Assembly: GCA_964482715.1 (NCBI GenBank)
Contig: CAYZYX010000020.1
Coordinates: forward strand, 1-33,781
Direction: 5' to 3'
DNA: 33,781 bases
DNA from: an uncultured Clostridia bacterium
GTDB lineage: Bacteria > Aerophobota > Aerophobia > Aerophobales > B3-G15
Part shown: piece after piece, positions 29,273 through 33,781 of the stretch
How the letters are laid out: each line of letters starts with the position of its first letter
How positions within the stretch are numbered: position 1 is the stretch's first letter
Position numbers and translations under genes: made by a program
Notes under the pieces: generated by a model
The model's input: the letters and a program-made list of their open reading frames with translations, nothing else
What the model was told of the DNA's origin: nothing
Database searches by the model: none

Positions 29273-30850
29273 TTATAGATGTACTAACTTCGCCTCTAAC
29301 ACTTCTTCAAGACCACACAGCTCTTCCATGGCTTGGAGTGAAGGGGGACTGTCCAGTGTATAAACGGACACGTTTTCTTTTCCCGGGGCAGTTCTCCCCA
29401 TTCTAAGTCCGGCAATGTTAACACCATATTTTCCGAGAATAGTACTGATCTTTCCAACTGCACCCGGTTTGTCTATGTTGGTGCACACAAGAAGATAACC
29501 TTGAGGGATAAACTCCAGTGAAAAATTATCTATCCTTACCACATAGGGAATTTTTCCTTCCAGAACCGTCCCTTCTATTCTGAGCTCATGTTCTTCGCTT
29601 ACTATCTTAACTTCCACCAGAGAAGAGTATTCTCTTTTTTCAGTAGTTTTAGATTCCATTACCTTAATACCTCTTTCTCTTGCCAAAACGGGGGCATTGA
29701 TGTAATTTACAGTTTCCTTTAATATAAAAGCCAAAAGGCCTTTAATAAGGGAAATGGTCAAAGGCTTCACATTATAATCGGATAACTCTCCCCGGTAAAT
29801 AACTTCTACCTCTTTAAGCTGACCTTTAATAAGTTGAGCACCCAGACTACCCATCTTTTCCACTAAGGAAAGATAACCTCCCAATTTCTTTTTCAGATGG
29901 GCAGGGAAAGAAGGGATATTAACCGCATTTCTAATTTCTCCTCTTTTTAAGGCATCTGCAATCTGACAGGCTATATCAATAGCGACTCTCACCTGGGCTT
30001 CTTCCGTAGAAGCTCCCAGATGGGGAGTAGCTATGACTGAGTCAAGTTTCAGAAGAGGGCTTCCAAAAGGTTTACCCTTTTCAAAAACATCAAGTGCAGC
30101 TCCTTTAATTCGTCCACCTATTAAGGCCCTGTAAAGGGCATCCTCGTCTATGATACCACCCCGAGCACAGTTTATGATTCTTGCTCCTTCTTTGATTAAG
30201 CTAAGTTCCTTTTCTCCAATTAAACCTTTTGTGTTTTCGGTTAAAGGCGTATGTATGGACAAATAATCTACCTGAGGCAAAAGCTCATCCAATTCACATA
30301 GGGTCACACCTATCTCCTCTGCTTTTTCTGTAGATACGAAAGGATCATAAGCCAGAACTTTCATACCTAATGCTTGAGCTCGTCTGGCTACTTCACTTCC
30401 TATTCTCCCCAGTCCAATTATTCCCAGAGTTTTTCCATAAACCTCGGTTCCCATGAATTTTTTTCGGTTCCACTCACCTTTTTTTAAGGAGTAATTTGCC
30501 TGAGGTATGTTACGGGAAAGAGCAAGGAGCATGGATATGGTGTGTTCCGCTGCAGAGATGGTATTTCCCTCGGGTGTATTCATAACAATAATTCCCTTTC
30601 GTGTTGCCGCATCAAGGTCTACATTATCCAGCCCTGTTCCTGCTCTACCTATTATCCTCAAATTGGCTGCTGCATTGATTACCTTTTCAGTTACCCTGGT
30701 TCCACTTCTGATGATCAAAGCGTCATACCGGGGTATAATTTTAACTAACGTGTCTTCATCAACACCTGTTTTTTCATCAACCTGAAATCCCTCCTGTTTT
30801 AACTTAGTTATTCCTTCATTGGCTAACGGGTCGGTTACCAAAATCTTCAA
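29273..30850 (-). CDS. serA: D-3-phosphoglycerate dehydrogenase (type I, ASB+ACT)
   Basis: GRAGTGLDNVD, NTISAAEH, GLGRIG, NCARGG, TPHLGAST, C-terminal DKPG ACT domain; TTG start. Confidence 0.95.
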   Translation of the reverse strand: MKILVTDPLANEGITKLKQEGFQVDEKTGVDEDTLVKIIPRYDALIIRSGTRVTEKVINAAANLRIIGRAGTGLDNVDLDAATRKGIIVMNTPEGNTISAAEHTISMLLALSRNIPQANYSLKKGEWNRKKFMGTEVYGKTLGIIGLGRIGSEVARRAQALGMKVLAYDPFVSTEKAEEIGVTLCELDELLPQVDYLSIHTPLTENTKGLIGEKELSLIKEGARIINCARGGIIDEDALYRALIGGRIKGAALDVFEKGKPFGSPLLKLDSVIATPHLGASTEEAQVRVAIDIACQIADALKRGEIRNAVNIPSFPAHLKKKLGGYLSLVEKMGSLGAQLIKGQLKEVEVIYRGELSDYNVKPLTISLIKGLLAFILKETVNYINAPVLARERGIKVMESKTTEKREYSSLVEVKIVSEEHELRIEGTVLEGKIPYVVRIDNFSLEFIPQGYLLVCTNIDKPGAVGKISTILGKYGVNIAGLRMGRTAPGKENVSVYTLDSPPSLQAMEELCGLEEVLEAKLVHL

Positions 30851-30862
30851 GTTCCCCCCTCC

Positions 30863-31999
30863 TTAAATTTTTCCAGTTAGAACCTTCTCCGCCTCCTTTA
30901 CTCCATGTCCGAATTCCACAGGATAGCCAAGATCGTTCAAACACATCTCCAGAGCAGAAATAACACCTATAACGTCCAGCTTATCCATCCAACCAAGATG
31001 AGCAATTCTTATCACCTTCCCGGAAAGCTCTCCCTGTCCACCAGCAACGATAACTCCAAATTCTTCTCGCAGTTTTTTTCGTAAAATTTTTTCATCTATA
31101 TTCTGGGGCAGAGCAATGGTGGTGACTACATTGGAAGGAGGTTCTCCAAAAAGCTCCAGTCCCAGAGCACTGACTCCTCTTCGGGTAGCCTCTGCCAAGA
31201 GGAAGTGTCTTTTCAGGACATTATCCCATCCTTCCTCTCTTATTAATCGGAGGGATTCTCTCAGGGCACAGATAAGAGAGACAGCAGGTGTATAAGGTGT
31301 TTGTCCTTTAGCAAGGGAATTCTTTGCTTTTTTAAGATCCCAATAATACCTGGGCAAAGTTGAATTTTCAACCATTTTCCAGGCCTTTTCAGAAAGAGAG
31401 ATGAAGGAAAGACCAGGCGGTAACATAAGAGCTTTTTGCGAACCAGCAACCACCACGTCAACATTCCATTCATCAGTCAAAAGAGGTTCTGCTCCCAGTC
31501 CACTTATAGCATCTACTACTAAAACAGCAGGTGTTTTTTCAACTATTTTGCCTATTTTTTGAATATCGTTGACCACTCCGGTACTGGTCTCAACAAGCTG
31601 GGTAAAAACCGCTTTAACCTTGTCATTTTCTACAAGTTTTTGCTCTATCTTCCCCGGGTCAGCTGCCTTACCCCATCTTGTATCAACAGGAATAACTTTT
31701 AACCCGAAAGCTTCTCCTATCTCCGTCCATCTTTCACCAAACTTTCCCTGAGTGGTTACCAGAATCTTATCCCCAGGAGAGAGAAGATTGGCAACAGCTG
31801 CCTCCATAGCTCCACTACCTGAGGCTGTTAAAATCAAAACGTCGTTTTTAGTTTGAAAGACATACTTTAACCCCTGACACACCTCCTCAAATATTTTTGA
31901 AAACTCAGAGGTTCGGTGATGAATAATCTCTCTTACCTGAGATACTCTTACCTCTTCCGGCAGGGGAGTTGGTCCAGGTGTAAATATCCTTTTTTTCAC
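30863..31999 (-). CDS. Class V PLP aminotransferase (serine-pyruvate/phosphoserine aminotransferase type)
   Basis: [37 protein letters not shown] (PLP Lys), RIAHLG; adjacent to serA. Confidence 0.9.
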   Translation of the reverse strand: MKKRIFTPGPTPLPEEVRVSQVREIIHHRTSEFSKIFEEVCQGLKYVFQTKNDVLILTASGSGAMEAAVANLLSPGDKILVTTQGKFGERWTEIGEAFGLKVIPVDTRWGKAADPGKIEQKLVENDKVKAVFTQLVETSTGVVNDIQKIGKIVEKTPAVLVVDAISGLGAEPLLTDEWNVDVVVAGSQKALMLPPGLSFISLSEKAWKMVENSTLPRYYWDLKKAKNSLAKGQTPYTPAVSLICALRESLRLIREEGWDNVLKRHFLLAEATRRGVSALGLELFGEPPSNVVTTIALPQNIDEKILRKKLREEFGVIVAGGQGELSGKVIRIAHLGWMDKLDVIGVISALEMCLNDLGYPVEFGHGVKEAEKVLTGKI

Positions 32000-32019
32000 T
32001 TTGATTTCCCTTCTCCAAT

Positions 32020-32271
32020 TTATCTTTTTAAATCCATCACGACGTTAACCTTTCGATTAGAATCAAAATGTACATATCCATCGATCTTAGCAAATAGAGT
32101 ATCGTCTCTTCCCAAACCGACATTCAAACCGGGACGGAATTTCGTACCCCGTTGTCTCACCAGGATACTTCCAGCTTTTACAAATTGACCACCAAAAGCC
32201 TTTACCCCTAACCTTTTTGAGGCACTATCTCTACCATTGGAAGTATGTCCCTGACCTTTTTTATGGGCCAT
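32020..32271 (-). CDS. rpmA: 50S ribosomal protein L27
   Basis: [44 protein letters not shown]. Confidence 0.99.
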   Translation of the reverse strand: MAHKKGQGHTSNGRDSASKRLGVKAFGGQFVKAGSILVRQRGTKFRPGLNVGLGRDDTLFAKIDGYVHFDSNRKVNVVMDLKR

Positions 32272-32313
32272 TTTTAGCTCCTTTTAGTTAATTTAAAATT
32301 TTGTGTTGCTTAC

Positions 32314-32487
32314 TTATTCTTTTAATTCACTTATTCCAATAGCCAGGACAACCAGGCCTACACCAGCTGCAGCTATTCCCACAATCCCTTGAAGGAAGAG
32401 CAGAACCTGTCTGGCAAATATAACTATTAACCAGATACCCACAGCGGTAGCTACCGCTCCACCTAATATTTTTAGCCATCTTTTCAT
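32314..32487 (-). CDS. Small 57-aa two-helix membrane protein (not in ORF track)
   Basis: AAGGAG RBS then MKRWLKILGGAVATAVGIWLIVIFARQVLLFLQGIVGIAAAGVGLVVLAIGISELKE*; fills the gap between rnpB and rpmA. Confidence 0.8.
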   Translation of the reverse strand: MKRWLKILGGAVATAVGIWLIVIFARQVLLFLQGIVGIAAAGVGLVVLAIGISELKE

Positions 32488-32534
32488 TGGTTAACTCCTT
32501 TAGGCTTAATTCCGTTTCCAAGCCATAACGATAA

Positions 32535-32885
32535 GGGGATGAGAGGAGTGTAAGCCGGGTTCTGTTGCCGAAGGAAAAGGCCCTCGGTGGTGACCATTTG
32601 TCTGGGATCCAGGTTACCCTGGACCTCAAGCGGCCTACCCGAGGTTAAACCTCCTATTTGGCCTTGCACCCGACAGGGTTTGCCCAGCCAGGAAATCACT
32701 TCCCTGCTGGTGGGCTCTTACCCCACCTTTTCACCCTTGCCCACTGTTTCTAACAGTGGGCGGTATGGTTTCTGTGGCACTTTCCAGAGGTCACCCCCTC
32801 TGGGAGTTACCCAGTGTCCTTAAGGGTGCCCGGACTTTCCTCAGGGAGGTGTTTCCTCCCCGCGGTCACCCATCCTCTCATCCCC
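32535..32885 (-). ncRNA. rnpB: RNase P RNA (bacterial, A-type scaffold)
   Basis: Minus strand has GAGGAAAGTCCGG, GGAAAGTGCCACAGAAA, AGGGTGAAA, ACAGAACCCGGCTTA; terminal P1 GGGGATGAGAGGA/TCCTCTCATCCCC. Confidence 0.98.
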
Positions 32886-33285
32886 TTGCAGCCTGTTTAG
32901 CCAGTTTATCGGCCTCTACGTTATCAGACCTGGGAATATGGCAAAATTTAACTCTGCTAAACAGACTTTCCAGGTGTTTTAGCTGGTTGTAAAGAAGTGA
33001 AAGAACACTGCTGCGTACCTGATAATTTCCATTTAGCTGTTTAATTAAGAGTTGGCTATCACTAAAGCAGATGAGTTCCCTGGCACCTTCTTTTAAAGCC
33101 TCCTGCATTCCATAAATAAGAGCTAAGTACTCTGCAACGTTATTAGTAGCATTTCCAATAAAATGAGCATCTTTTTTTATTAACTTGCCATCAGGAGTAT
33201 AAAGTATGTAAGATATCCCGGCTTTTCCCGGATTTCCCAGAGAAGCTCCATCAGTATAAAGGATTATTTTGGAGTGGTTTTTCAA
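32878..33285 (-). CDS. rnhA: Ribonuclease HI (short RNase_HI_like type)
   Basis: YTDGASLGNPG, TNNVAEY, SDSQL, N..ADKLA catalytic residues. Confidence 0.92.
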   Translation of the reverse strand: MKNHSKIILYTDGASLGNPGKAGISYILYTPDGKLIKKDAHFIGNATNNVAEYLALIYGMQEALKEGARELICFSDSQLLIKQLNGNYQVRSSVLSLLYNQLKHLESLFSRVKFCHIPRSDNVEADKLAKQAARG

Positions 33286-33286
33286 T

Positions 33287-33688
33287 TCAATCTGCTTTTA
33301 ACTTTTCTATTTCTTTTTCTTTATCCTTTATCTTTTTTTCTAAATCAATAGCCTCTTGCGCAAGTTTTTTTAAACCTTCTTCTACTCCTTCATAGACTCT
33401 TAATTCTACAGCGGTCTTACCAAGAGTCTTGTATTTTTCTTCCAGTTCTTTTCGCAGTTCTCGAATCTGACCTCGTAATTTAGCAACTTGTCCAAGTTCT
33501 TTAGTTTCAGATGCAAATTTTTCAAAACCTTCCTGTGCAGTCTTTTTAATCCTTTCGGCTAATTCATCAAGATGTTTCTTCCATTCCTTTGTTTCAGAAG
33601 CAGTTTTCTCTATGCCGCTTTGAGTAGCAACTTTCAGCTGATCAGCCAAACGGTCAAGCCTCTTTCCCAGCTCCTCAAAAGTTCCCAT
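33287..33688 (-). CDS. Hypothetical helical/coiled-coil protein with a tandem ~29-aa repeat
   Basis: GGAGGT RBS followed by ATG ATG ATG (likely start 33688 or 33691); Lys/Glu-rich heptad pattern. Confidence 0.75.
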   Translation of the reverse strand: MGTFEELGKRLDRLADQLKVATQSGIEKTASETKEWKKHLDELAERIKKTAQEGFEKFASETKELGQVAKLRGQIRELRKELEEKYKTLGKTAVELRVYEGVEEGLKKLAQEAIDLEKKIKDKEKEIEKLKAD

Positions 33689-33720
33689 CATCATACCTCC
33701 AGATTTTATCCAAGACAACT

Positions 33721-33781
33721 TGGCACGCCTGGAGGGACTCGAACCCCCAACCCGCGGATCCGAAGTCCGCTGCTCTATCCA
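33721..33781 (-). tRNA. tRNA-Arg (anticodon UCG), 5' end cut by window edge
   Basis: Reverse complement ..GGATAGAGCA GCGGA CT-TCG-GA TCCGC GGGTT GGGGG TTCGAGT CCCTC CAGGCGT G CCA. Confidence 0.93.

Noticed and set aside
32327-32992. ORF-track ORFs 32327-32629, 32484-32699, 32587-32823 and 32756-32992
   Set aside because: Spurious frames across the GC-rich RNase P RNA; the credible small gene is 32314-32487 in another frame.

Overview
About 34 kb of AT-rich chromosome from a probably anaerobic diderm bacterium (it encodes BamA and a flavodiiron protein); lineage cannot be fixed from sequence alone. Left arm: tRNA-Arg(CCU) converges on an unusual NusB::class II tRNA nucleotidyltransferase fusion with CC-adding-type features. 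Divergent from that fusion are an archaeal/eukaryote-like PPP Ser/Thr phosphatase, a MoxR-type AAA+ ATPase (Cys cluster, beta-rich tail), a VWA protein with a degenerate metallopeptidase-like N-domain and a CBS protein, followed by a convergent MFS transporter. About 8.9-12.1 kb is a decaying island: internally deleted dnaE2-like polymerase, intact fprA, and fragments of a Cu P1B-ATPase, a superoxide reductase and a transposase. 12.1-33.8 kb is a dense minus-strand housekeeping run: tRNA-Arg(UCG, truncated by window), coiled-coil protein, rnhA, RNase P RNA (apparently lacking P6/P17), an unlisted 57-aa membrane protein, rpmA, class V aminotransferase, serA, dnaB, purA, clpC, bamA, macrodomain, rsmD, TudS/DUF523-like, uvrC, ogt, secA, ilvB and a Zn-dependent dehydrogenase. 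Best candidates for novelty are the NusB-nucleotidyltransferase fusion and the phosphatase/MoxR/VWA/CBS locus.
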